Positions 10,441 through 22,012 of a stretch of DNA of 37,168 nt are shown here, piece by piece (the stretch's first letter is position 1; each line of letters opens with the position of its first letter). Where the stretch lies: assembly GCF_001194135.2 (NCBI RefSeq), contig NC_069000.1, forward strand, positions 32,461,970 to 32,499,137. Reading direction: 5' to 3'. Both the position numbers and the translations under genes were made by a program. The stretch comes from Octopus bimaculoides. Lineage: Eukaryota. The notes under the pieces were generated by a model. That model had not been told where the DNA came from and searched no databases. It saw nothing but the letters and a program-made list of their open reading frames with translations.

Positions 10441-11864
10441 TGAATTTTATCTACTCCATTCCTTATATATATATATATATNNNNNNNNNNNNNNNNNNNN
10501 NNNNNNNNNNNNNNNNNNNNNNNNNNNNNNNNNNNNNNNNNNNNNNNNNNNNNNNNNNNNNNNNNNNNNNNNNNNNNNNNNNNNNNNNNNNNNNNNNNNN
10601 NNNNNNNNNNNNNNNNNNNNNNNNNNNNNNNNNNNNNNNNNNNNNNNNNNNNNNNNNNNNNNNNNNNNNNNNNNNNNNNNNNNNNNNNNNNNNNNNNNNN
10701 NNNNNNNNNNNNNNNNNNNNNNNNNNNNNNNNNNNNNNNNNNNNNNNNNNNNNNNNNNNNNNNNNNNNNNNNNNNNNNNNNNNNNNNNNNNNNNNNNNNN
10801 NNNNNNNNNNNNNNNNNNNNNNNNNNNNNNNNNNNNNNNNNNNNNNNNNNNNNNNNNNNNNNNNNNNNNNNNNNNNNNNNNNNNNNNNNNNNNNNNNNNN
10901 NNNNNNNNNNNNNNNNNNNNNNNNNNNNNNNNNNNNNNNNNNNNNNNNNNNNNNNNNNNNNNNNNNNNNNNNNNNNNNNNNNNNNNNNNNNNNNNNNNNN
11001 NNNNNNNNNNNNNNNNNNNNNNNNNNNNNNNNNNNNNNNNNNNNNNNNNNNNNNNNNNNNNNNNNNNNNNNNNNNNNNNNNNNNNNNNNNNNNNNNNNNN
11101 NNNNNNNNNNNNNNNNNNNNNNNNNNNNNNNNNNNNNNNNNNNNNNNNNNNNNNNNNNNNNNNNNNNNNNNNNNNNNNNNNNNNNNNNNNNNNNNNNNNN
11201 NNNNNNNNNNNNNNNNNNNNNNNNNNNNNNNNNNNNNNNNNNNNNNNNNNNNNNNNNNNNNNNNNNNNNNNNNNNNNNNNNNNNNNNNNNNNNNNNNNNN
11301 NNNNNNNNNNNNNNNNNNNNNNNNNNNNNNNNNNNNNNNNNNNNNNNNNNNNNNNNNNNNNNNNNNNNNNNNNNNNNNNNNNNNNNNNNNNNNNNNNNNN
11401 NNNNNNNNNNNNNNNNNNNNNNNNNNTATATATATATATATGTTCATATACACCCATAGTGTGTGGTTCCGCCTGCATGTGTTTGCGTGAGCAATTCATA
11501 AGTGTAGAACGTTATCACATTAAAATCTACCGGATATGTTGCAGATGTATTAAATCTGATAACATGATATATGACGATCTGAAGATAATATCACATCTAT
11601 TGGCAAACTGAACAGTTTCCTCATATATCACCAACAGCATCTCCACCACCACCAGCAACAACATCACCACCACCACCACCACCACCATTATCATTTCATC
11701 TATATACCGACGTAATCATTTCTAGATAATGTTGCTGTTGATAATAATGGTGATGATGATTATGATGACAACAATGAGGAATACATTAATGACGTTGATA
11801 TATATATATTAAACGATGATGTTGTTTTGGTGATGGCAAGTAAGTTTGTGATAACGGTTATAGA

Positions 11865-12040
11865 TTTTGGCACAGGGTCAACAGCATTTGAGGGGAGGGG
11901 AAAGTCGATTATTTCATCGGCCGAAAGGATATTAAATAAAGTCAACTTTAGCGGAATTTCAGCCCTAGAACGTAATGGCGAACGAAATACCACTAAACAT
12001 TTTGTCCGGCGTGCTAACGGATATTACTGTTTGCCACCTT
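11865..12040 (-). mobile_element. SINE family B with internal deletion
   Basis: The reverse complement begins AAGGTGGCAAACAG...CGTTAGCACGCCGGACAAAATGTTTAGTGGTATTTCGTT and ends ...CCCTGTGCCAAAA. Confidence 0.82.
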
Positions 12041-13187
12041 AAGGAAGTTTGTGACAATACTAATAGCAAAGATAATATTGTTATAGTAGATATTTAGGTA
12101 TAGACCAACAATGATGAGACTTAAATGTGATGAAAGCTTTCCAAACACGACCTTGCCGTTTTGCTTTAAACCATTGTAAATCTTAGCTTCCATTATCTAA
12201 TGTGTTCATTTCATTAAACAGTAATGTCAGATTTAAACAAGATTTACTTCCTCATTGCAGCAACTTGAACTGTTGCGTAGAGAGATTTTATTTCACTGGA
12301 GAATACTTGTGACAATGGTGGTGATTGGTTTTTATCATAAGGATAAGGACGATTAAACGATGAAAACATTTGTGTGCAAATCTTTCCGCTTGCATGTATG
12401 TGTGAGTGTATGTGTGTGTAAACATGTATGTGTGAGTGTATGTGTGTGTACGCATGTAAGTGTGTATCTGTGGTTGTATGTCGGTATGTATGTTTGTATG
12501 CGTGTGTATATATATATGTCTTAATATGTAGACCCGGGGAGAGATTTGTACATGTGTATGTGTATGAGTGACAGTATGTGTGTACGATTGTGTGTGTGTG
12601 TGTATGTACTTGTGTGTGTGTGTACGCACTTTATATTTTAGTATAGATACTATCCTATCACTTCATCAGATTTTACAGCTAGCTATATTGCTTGTTGCAA
12701 ATCAGTGACCAATGGTCACTTTGTTTACAATATATTGCTAGGGTTAGCGGTCTCTGCCTATCGCTCTGGCATGCGGCTGCTCGCGGCTGAGGATGAGCCA
12801 AATAGCTAGAAACTGAGCCTCTTTCTCGATTCTGTTACCTGCTAGATAGTGATAGGTGTTCGCTTCCCCTGCGAATAATATACTGTATATAAACGGTGCA
12901 GAGTCGCACCGATAACCAGCTGGCAGAGAATCTGCCTAGGGTTAAACTAGTATTAACACGAAACAGCCACTTTAACGTGGTGACTCACTTTACTTTTGTT
13001 TTCTGAGATTTTACAACTTGCTAACAGTAATATACATACTCAGCAATGTATAGTGTGAGGGCATTTTTCTGAGTTATGGAAAAGTACCTGATTCTGCACT
13101 TAGATGAAAACTACCGAAAGTCTTACGGTGATAGAAAATTGGGGACACGTGAAGACCTATATAGTTGGAAGCGCACAGTAACATACA

Positions 13188-13322
13188 ACTTTTGTCTGTC
13201 ACCTATGCTTCAAAACATTCAGACCTGCAAAGGGAGTGAGTAATCATCTGAGACGTCACAAATGGAAAATCAGAAACGCTATGGACAATGACGAAGCACA
13301 AGCAGATGGCAGTCATCTGTGA
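13188..13322 (+). pseudogene. C2H2 zinc finger remnant (possibly the N-terminus of an R2/NeSL-like retroelement ORF, or a decayed ZNF exon)
   Basis: Translation TFVCHLCFKTFRPAKGVSNHLRRHKWK fits F-x-C-x2-C-x3-F-x5-hydrophobic-x2-H-x3-H exactly (Cys at 13197 and 13206, His at 13245 and 13257). In-frame stops at 13179 and 13320. A second CxxC (PCTLC, 13337-13351) follows in another frame. Confidence 0.6.
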
Positions 13323-13724
13323 AGATGGAGCAATCCCCATGTACGTTATGTAGGAATAGAGATCAGCTTTGCGTTCAAACACGTTACATCGAGATAGCAT
13401 TGCGATCGGATTAAATCGTGTTTGTTGATGAGTCTTTTGATTTCTTCATTAGGCTTCTACAAAAGGCTTCAACAATGCAGTGGTGTCATTGCTTCATTCA
13501 GAAGATGGATTAGAAAAGGTCTTCAAGCATTTATGAATTGAGGAACGTTGTTGTGTTTCTAACTAATTATAAATGACTAATATGGGTATAAGGTATAGTT
13601 TCCTTAATAGAAGGCTAACTACATCCACAAACATGTCCTCTACAGAATATAGCACAAAGCACGTGCACATATATAATACGAAGCACACACACACACACTC
13701 ACGCACACACACACACATACACAT

Positions 13725-13799
<75 letters not shown>

Positions 13800-14418
13800 N
13801 NNNNNNNNNNNNNNNNNNNNNNNNNNNNNNNNNNNNNNNNNNNNNNNNNNNNNNNNNNNNNNNNNNNNNNNNNNNNNNNNNNNNNNNNNNNNNNNNNNNN
13901 NNNNNNNNNNNNNNNNNNNNNNNNNNNNNNNNNNNNNNNNNNNNNNNNNNNNNNNNNNNNNNNNNNNNNNNNNNNNNNNNNNNNNNNNNNNNNNNNNNNN
14001 NNNNNNNNNNNNNNNNNNNNNNNNNNNNNNNNNNNNNNNNNNNNNNNNNNNNNNNNNNNNNNNNNNNNNNNNNNNNNNNNNNNNNNNNNNNNNNNNNNNN
14101 NNNNNNNNNNNNNNNNNNNNNNNNNNNNNNNNNNNNNNNNNNNNNNNNNNNNNNNNNNNNNNNNNNNNNNNNNNNNNNNNNNNNNNNNNNNNNNNNNNNN
14201 NNNNNNNNNNNNNNNNNNNNNNNNNNNNNNNNNNNNNNNNNNNNNNNNNNNNNNNNNNNNNNNNNNNNNNNNNNNNNNNNNNNNNNNNNNNNNNNNNNNN
14301 NNNNNNNNNNNNNNNNNNNNNNNNNNNNNNNNNNNNNNNNNNNNNNNNNNNNNNNNNNNNNNNNNNNNNNNNNNNNNNNNNNNNNNNNNNNNNNNNNNNN
14401 NNNNNNNNNNNNNNNNNN

Positions 14419-14455
<37 letters not shown>

Positions 14456-15356
14456 CAACTGACGACCGAAATAGAGATACGTGTCCATCACCAATATATA
14501 CATTTGATATCATTATACGCTAAACAAACAAACGTTTCGACCATCTAGACGTTTCTCAACGATTGCACGCGACAATTTGTTACAAAGAACAGAAAGATAG
14601 ACACTATTAATTTGCAACGTTGCATGACGTCTTAAAGGGTCGAATGCAGGTCATTTTTTTTTTCTTTTTATAATTGAGAAGGGAGAATTTGAATATGCAC
14701 CAGTAATAAGGCTTACCGAATTATTAAGACATGATTATTTGGAATTTGATGTCAAAGACTATGTGACCGGGTTTTCATGTCAGCTGACATTCAAACACAT
14801 AAATGTTTATACTCATGCTTCAGGGAAATCCAAGACATACTGAACACTGGTGATAAATAGACATAAATGTATACATAAAAACTTACAAATGTACGTATAT
14901 ACATATATGAACACACACACATGCATACACACAAATACACACATACATACACATACACATATGCACCTACATATACATAAGATATATTTATGTGTATGTA
15001 AGTATATATATATATATATATATATATATNNNNNNNNNNNNNNNNNNNNNNNNNNNNNNNNNNNNNNNNNNNNNNNNNNNNNNNNNNNNNNNNNNNNNNN
15101 NNNNNNNNNNNNNNNNNNNNNNNNNNNNNNNNNNNNNNNNNNNNNNNNNNNNNNNNNNNNNNNNNNNNNNNNNNNNNNNNNNNNNNNNNNNNNNNNNNNN
15201 NNNNNNNNNNNNNNNNNNNNNNNNNNNNNNNNNNNNNNNNNNNNNNNNNNNNNNNNNNNNNNNNNNNNNNNNNNNNNNNNNNNNNNNNNNNNNNNNNNNN
15301 NNNNNNNNNNNNNNNNNNNNNNNNNNNNNNNNNNNNNNNNNNNNNNNNNNNNNNNN

Positions 15357-15387
<31 letters not shown>

Positions 15388-15942
15388 TATATATGTATAT
15401 GTGTATATATATATATATATACATACAATGAGAGAGTTTGTTCGTGCGCGAGGGAGCGTTTGTGTGCGTATATGTACGTGTGCAGGAGTGTGTTTGTGAG
15501 TGTACATTTGTGTGCAAGCGTGTGTGTACAAGTCGTTGCGTATTTCTGTTTGTATGTGAGTGTGCGCGTCTGTGCATGTGTTCGTGTGTGTCAGCGCGTG
15601 TGTGCGTGAGCGTGTGTGTACGTGTGTGTGTGTGTGTGTGTGTGTGTATGAGAAAGAAATGGACAGAGCAAGGGTAAGATATAGGTAGAGAGCAATCAAC
15701 TCGACGCGCAGATTGATATATAGACAAAGAGATCGATAAATAGATAGATTTTTCCGCTCTGCAACACGATTCTCCATATATTTCTTTTATATATAGATTT
15801 TGCACATTCCTACAAACACACACACACACACACAGGCAAGCACGCACACACACACACACACACACCACTTTTCATTTTTATTTTATGAAATAAAGTCATT
15901 TGATTCTGCTTTTAATAAATTCATTTAAAACTTGCTTTGAAC

Positions 15943-15979
15943 ATTATTATCATTATTATTATCATTATTATTATTATTG

Positions 15980-16046
<67 letters not shown>

Positions 16047-16119
16047 CATTATTATTATTATTGTTGTTGTTGTTGTTGTTGTTGTTGTTATTATTATTAT
16101 TATTATTATTGTCATCATC
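15943..16119. repeat. Compound (ATT)n/(GTT)n/(ATC)n trinucleotide array
   Basis: Directly visible; it explains the poly-I/L/Y/N ORFs in the track. Confidence 0.97.
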
Positions 16120-16507
16120 TTCCAGGTCATTCTGTTGCTTCCTATATAAAGCTTTCTATTCGTCTACACTTTCTGATATGAACACATCATTCTGCTGCAA
16201 TCTTCTCGTATCTTGTTCGTTTAGATCATATACATTCCTTCTGCCGGTTCCAATATCTATTTTGTTATTTTTGTTTGTTTGTCTGGTTGTACTTTTTGTT
16301 GTTGTTTTATTCTTTCGATTACTATATTTCAGCAGCTTACGAACGAAGATGTCTGCACATTCTACCAAAATTACAATAAAAGATGTGTATATGTGAAGAT
16401 GTGAACAAATAAGTATATGTATGTATATATGTTTGCATGTTTTTATGTATATATGTATGTAATATATGCATGCATACATGTATAATATATACATATATAT
16501 CTATCTA

Positions 16508-16577
<70 letters not shown>

Positions 16578-17159
16578 CAGATATAGATTTACATACACAT
16601 TGATATATGTATGTGTATGCGTCTACGGAAGCTTATATGTACGTATGTTGAGTCGCGAGCAATGACATGCACACTCACACACACACACATTCAAAGATCC
16701 GTATATGTAGCTGCAGTTATATGCAATCAAGTAAATATATGCGCCTATGAGATGAGGATATCCGTTTTTATATTACATTTTTTTTAGATTTTATGAGTTT
16801 TTTCAATATTTTGCCGTCGATACCTCAACACCAATATATTTTAGTCGTAAATCTAACGTTTTGTGTTCTATATTTAGCTAGCCCTATCCTATCTTTTGCT
16901 TCCACTTGTGTCATATCGAATATTGATTTTCATTTAACCTATTTCCTCATCTTTCACGTCCTCTCTCTTCTTCTTTCTTCCCCCTCTCTCTTTCCTTCCC
17001 TCCCATTCACTCTCACTCTTCTCGTCTTTGATTCTCTGTAGCTTGTGGAATTTCTTTGGTGAATTCCTTCCTCGTATAGCTTGCTCTACCAAATAGCAGC
17101 GGTGAAATACACCATTTCTGAATACTGCTGCAATACGAGAACCGATGACAGTGTTAGTA

Positions 17160-17360
17160 TGCGGTCGGTCGATATATTAGAAATAACAGCGAAGCGTCTC
17201 TGACTAGCATCTTGTAAAAAAAATTATACATATTTAATATATCAAAATAGTAAAAATAGAGAATAAAACAAATATAAATGAAATGGTTACAAATAGAAAA
17301 TCTTTAATCATGAGTCTGCTGGATCAGAGATGACTTGAGGCTAAACAGCAACAATAAAGA
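17160..17360 (+). mobile_element. Interspersed repeat family C (unclassified, ends ...GGCTAAACA(A/G)CAAC)
   Basis: GTCGATATATTAGAAATAACAGC...CTGGATCAGAGATGACTTGAGGCTAAACAGCAAC resembles the reverse complement of 29323-29505 and the fragment at 20756-20780. A second partial copy appears to start near 17585. Confidence 0.6.
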
Positions 17361-17828
17361 TGACAATAACTTGAACCTACTTATATATATACTTGAGCCT
17401 ATGAGGGAGCTTCTAGCAGTCATATCACTTGATGGAAATAGCAAACACGCATACCTCAATATCTTCTTCTAGCTACTGTTACTGGTCAGAGGCTGTTTAA
17501 ATTGGAGCTAAACATAAACCAGAACGATAGTCATAAATATTGCAAAGTAACCAATTCGAACCAAACTAGAAGACTTTATGCAGTCGGTCTATATGCTAGA
17601 AATAAGAAGGAATTCCCCTTCAAATTATATTCCAAAATATCGTAAAATATAGGATGCATAGAATAAAATAATTATAGAGGCATTGATCATAGGTCCATGC
17701 TCAGTAAATCAGGACTAACTTATTAAGCATGGTTAAATAACAAGATCAGCAATCATTGTAATACTAGTTCTTTACTGTTCATTATCGATATTTTGGTTTT
17801 CATTATTGTTTGCGATAAATTCAACAAA

Positions 17829-18078
17829 GGCGCCGGCGTGGCTGTGTAACAAGAAGTTTACTTCTCAACTATATGCGTCCTGGGTTCAGTTCGACGGCGG
17901 TGTTAGTGTGCATACGACCCCGTAATTTAGCGGTTCGGCAAAAGAAACCGATAGAACAAGTATCAGGCTTAAAAAGAAAGTACATATTGGGGTCGATTAG
18001 TTTGATGAATATTCTTCAACGCGGCGGCCAGGCAAGACCGCATTGTAATAACCGAAAGAAGTAAAAAACAAAGAGAGT
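17829..18078 (+). mobile_element. SINE family A variant lacking the CORE-like segment and the internal microsatellite
   Basis: The head GGCGCCGGCGTGGCTGTGT...GGGTTCAGTTC is joined directly to the 3' part GTGTGCATACGACCCCGTAATTTAGCGGTTCGGCAAAAGAAACCGATAGAA. Confidence 0.8.
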
Positions 18079-18367
18079 GCTTATCAAGGTTCTGTGCACT
18101 CTTGTGTGGCCAGCTAAAATCAATCAGGTAGCTATTCATAATAATACCTAAGGGAACTAATTGATGTGCTGCTGACAGAAGACTGAACAATCTGAGATTC
18201 ATCTGGAGCCGATATATTCTGACAGCTTAACTTGTTGAAATGTTGTTTGGCAGTTGGACATTTCTACAGTAATAATGTAATAAATCAACCTCCTACTATG
18301 CTTTTCATCATTTCCCTTCTTTCTCACTCTATATACCCCTCTTTCTCTCCCACTTTTCCTCTCTCTC

Positions 18368-18404
<37 letters not shown>

Positions 18405-20369
18405 NNNNNNNNNNNNNNNNNNNNNNNNNNNNNNNNNNNNNNNNNNNNNNNNNNNNNNNNNNNNNNNNNNNNNNNNNNNNNNNNNNNNNNNNNNNNNNNN
18501 NNNNNNNNNNNNNNNNNNNNNNNNNNNNNNNNNNNNNNNNNNNNNATTTGGGGATGGTCAGATTGCCAGTTTAGCCAATAAAGACACACGCACTGTATAT
18601 TTGGTGTTAATTTGCTTCAGCTTTATATTACATTACATTAATCCTATTTCGGCCAGAGTTCTTTCGTCACACTTCTGTGACCTCATCAGTGGTCCTTTGC
18701 TTTCTTCTTTCTTATGTTTGTCTCACCTTGTTAACTATCAGCCATTTTGTATTTTGTATTCCTATTGTATGTGTCTACGCATGCGTATCCCTCTATGTGT
18801 GTCTATGTTTTGTAAGTGCATGTGTGTGTATGGGGAGTGCCTGTATTATCTATATCCTCTATTAATACATGTTCGTTTATTTTTGTTTTTATTTATTTAT
18901 TTGTTCATGTGTTTATACCTACTTCTTTTTTTAAAATATATATATAAATATATTACACTTGAAAAAGTTCAGGACAACTTACAACTTATTACATCTGGCA
19001 AAATATAGAACAAGAAAATTTATACTTAAAATATTGAAGCTAAGTATAAAGTTTCAAATAAAATATTTATATCTAGAAAATATTAGCTTTTATTAAAACT
19101 AAAAAAAGTTTTGACATGTTATTAATTCTATTTGTTACTTCTATTGAAAATAAAAAAATAACTCAAAATAGTATTTTCACTTTAAAAAATTCAAAATTAT
19201 TAATTATTAGTTAATTACAAATTTGAAAATATGTTATAAAAATGATAGTTGCTCATAATTAGTACAATAAGTAGAATAATACAAAAGTTAGTTATATATT
19301 GAAGTAAATTCTACCTATAACAAAAAATTCACAATAAAATTTGCTTCAGTTATTGCCTAAGTTATTGCCAAGTCTTCATATTTTTAGTCTTGAACAATGC
19401 CTATTTTTTATATAATGAATTTGCCTACCATATATACTATTCCACTTTGCATGAAACTTTAGCTATATTGATACTTCTAGCTCTTATTTTTTAAGTGCCC
19501 CAGTGTGTCAATATTTTAGCAAAATGATGGTACCTTTTTTAATTATGTTATTTTGTAAATTAAAATAAAATAATATTTAATATTCAAATTTTATTCTTAG
19601 CTGCAATATTTTAAGTAAAAACTTTTCCAAGAGTAAAATCTTGTCCTGTATTGTTCCATATTTATAATTTTAAGAATATTATTTCTCTTGCTCGCATTTT
19701 TCCATGTNNNNNNNNNNNNNNNNNNNNNNNNNNNNNNNNNNNNNNNNNNNNNNNNNNNNNNNNNNNNNNNNNNNNNNNNNNNNNNNNNNNNNNNNNNNNN
19801 NNNNNNNNNNNNNNNNNNNNNNNNNNNNNNNNNNNNNNNNNNNNNNNNNNNNNNNNNNNNNNNNNNNNNNNNNNNNNNNNNNNNNNNNNNNNNNNNNNNN
19901 NNNNNNNNNNNNNNNNNNNNNNNNNNNNNNNNNNNNNNNNNNNNNNNNNNNNNNNNNNNNNNNNNNNNNNNNNNNNNNNNNNNNNNNNNNNNNNNNNNNN
20001 NNNNNNNNNNNNNNNNNNNNNNNNNNNNNNNNNNNNNNNNNNNNNNNNNNNNNNNNNNNNNNNNNNNNNNNNNNNNNNNNNNNNNNNNNNNNNNNNNNNN
20101 NNNNNNNNNNNNNNNNNNNNNNNNNNNNNNNNNNNNNNNNNNNNNNNNNNNNNNNNNNNNNNNNNNNNNNNNNNNNNNNNNNNNNNNNNNNNNNNNNNNN
20201 NNNNNNNNNNNNNNNNNNNNNNNNNNNNNNNNNNNNNNNNNNNNNNNNNNNNNNNNNNNNNNNNNNNNNNNNNNNNNNNNNNNNNNNNNNNNNNNNNNNN
20301 NNNNNNNNNNNNNNNNNNNNNNNNNNNNNNNNNNNNNNNNNNNNNNNNNNNNNNNNNNNNNNNNNNNNN

Positions 20370-20404
<35 letters not shown>

Positions 20405-20429
20405 TTTACATACACACATACACGTACAT

Positions 20430-20550
20430 TTTCCGTCTAATAAATTCATTCACTGGATTATATTGGAAGATTGTTGTTCAAGGTGCGACGTCGTGGGAGT
20501 GAACCCAAAACCATCTGGTTGCAAAGCGAGCTTCTAAACCACACTGCTAC
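20430..20550 (-). mobile_element. SINE family A 5' part, degenerate
   Basis: TTCCGTCTA...CAAGGTGCGACGTCGTGGGAGTGAACCC...ACCA..TGGTTG..AAGCGAGCTTCTAAACCACAC resembles 21481-21620. Confidence 0.7.
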
Positions 20551-20569
20551 ACACTCACGCACACACACG

Positions 20570-20682
20570 CACACAGTCGTACACATACACAGTCGTACAC
20601 ACACAGTCGTAGACACACAGAGTCGTACACACATACAGTCGTACACACACAGTCGTACACACAAACACAGTCGTACACACAT
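20570..20682. repeat. Minisatellite: 7 copies of AGTCGTA embedded in (CA)n
   Basis: AGTCGTA starts at 20575, 20591, 20605, 20621, 20637, 20651 and 20669 (periods 16, 14, 16, 16, 14, 18). Confidence 0.92.
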
Positions 20683-21152
20683 ACATAAAATTCATAGTTG
20701 TGTTTTCGAAGTAACAGGGTACAAAGCTTCAACGCTTTCTAAAATATATCGGTTCCATCAGTGCTGACCTAGGGCTAAAACTATGACAGCCAACATGCAA
20801 CAACCTACTTTACTACAGCCAAAACCGATACTAATTTTCAAGTATGTTGGTACTGTGAGAAAAGAGGATATTACTGAATACTGCAGAGAATTTAATATGG
20901 CGATATTTGCATCAGCAACGTCAACCCTGTCCAGAACTGCTTCCGATATTTCTATTGATTGCATATTTTGGAACAACACCAAGGAATTCTAATGGTATAC
21001 ATTTCTATCACATGCAAAACAATACTCGGCCACGTAGGTACTGATATGGATGTATCCTAAACGAGTTCAATCCATAGACATTTTGTTCCATTATAATCCC
21101 GCTGCAGGGTATGTTATACATGTGTTATTAATATATAATCTGCTCTCTCTCC

Positions 21153-21625
21153 CTCTCTTTTACTTGTTTCATTCATTTGACTGCGGTCATGCTGGAGCAC
21201 CGCCTTTAGTCGACAAAATCGACGCCAGGACTTATTCTTTGTAAGCCTAGTACTTATTCTATCGGTCTCTTTATGCCGAACCGCTATGTTACGGGAACGT
21301 AAACACTCCACTATCGGTTGTCAAGTGATGGTGGGGGGGGGACAAACACAGACACACAAACACACACACANNNNNNNNNNNNNNNNNNNNNNNNNNNNNN
21401 NNNNNNNNNNNNNNNNNNNNNNNNNNNNNNNNNNNNNNNNNNNNNNNNNNNNNNNNNATATATATATATATACACGACGTTTCCGTCTACCAAATCCACT
21501 CACAATGCTTTGGTCGGCCCGAGGCTATAGTAGAAGACACTTGCCCAAGGTGCGACGCAGTGGGACTGAACCCGGAACCATGTGGTTGGTGAGCAAGCTA
21601 CTTACCACACAGCCACTCCTGCGCC
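21153..21625 (-). mobile_element. SINE family A, full-length, with an assembly gap in its internal microsatellite
   Basis: Reverse-complement head GGCGCAGGAGTGGCTGTGTGGTAAGTAGCTTGC at 21625 and tail ...TGAAACAAGTAAAAGAGAG at about 21153. N gap at 21371-21457. Confidence 0.93.
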
Positions 21626-22012
21626 TACTGTTGATCAATTCAGGAAAAGTTATTAGAGATTTATCAGAACCCGATTTGCGCCAGAGGCAGAATATTGAAT
21701 GCTTTGCATCATTTTTTCTACTCTGTACAAACTCTGCCACGGTTGTCATTGCTTTTCATTTCTTACGAATGTTCGAAAAATTACAGTTTCAGGCAAGTAC
21801 TTGGGCAGTGGTCAATATTGCCAACTAGCCCTTACGCTTCAAAGTTACTGGCCTTGTTCCTTAATCAGAAACCATTATTAACTAATTTTCTTGAAAGTTG
21901 TGCTTTGACATTAAACTCAAATATTATGTCAAACTATTTGTTTATTTTCTTCTATACTGCCCAGAGTCATAAGACTCTCAGTTAATATTTCCCTTTCGTT
22001 GTGTGTTATCTG

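Larger units (their letters stand above)
8872..10463 (+). mobile_element. Penelope-like element (PLE), 5'-truncated: RT thumb, linker, C-terminal GIY-YIG endonuclease and 3' region with hammerhead; pseudogenised
   Basis: Translations: DLGSGTYKPYRKPNERLSYINTASHPHP (PLE YRKP..Y...S.HP), SSNQEIFDAAVPYYN, NIFW..PFSLNVKMCVGKIFLRLVDKIF...RIFNRYNLRVSFNYAPNIKSI, GCSC...GVVYEAEL (9390) and, in the same frame, RYIGCSANSFNEHLSNHRSSFR...ATSLANHVRRLKD (YIG at 9843). Frameshift near 9155. Residual homology runs to about 10125. The element ends at the (TA)n starting at 10464. Confidence 0.9.

Noticed and set aside
12625-12675. Minus-strand CTGATGA-AGT...ACT-AAAA-TATA next to a (CA)n
   Set aside because: Stem II is plausible, but GAAA is mutated and there is no usable stem I or cleavage triplet; too degenerate to call.
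12738-12944. Telomeric TTAGGG-like words (also at about 2960-2974)
   Set aside because: Isolated single units, not an interstitial telomeric array.
12745-12945. HDV-like ribozyme (GCTGCTCGCGGC and TTCGC-TTCCCCT-GCGAA resemble P3/L3)
   Set aside because: I could not place consistent P1, P1.1 and P2 pairings; left as an untested possibility within the island finding.
12704-12990. Pol II promoter (CCAAT, TATA, AP-1-like sites)
   Set aside because: Short motifs occur by chance in AT-rich DNA and there is no intact downstream gene, so it is not reported as a feature.
20570-20682. Regularly interspaced short repeats suggestive of CRISPR
   Set aside because: The repeat is 7 nt, the spacers are (CA)n rather than unique sequence, and the context is eukaryotic with no cas genes.
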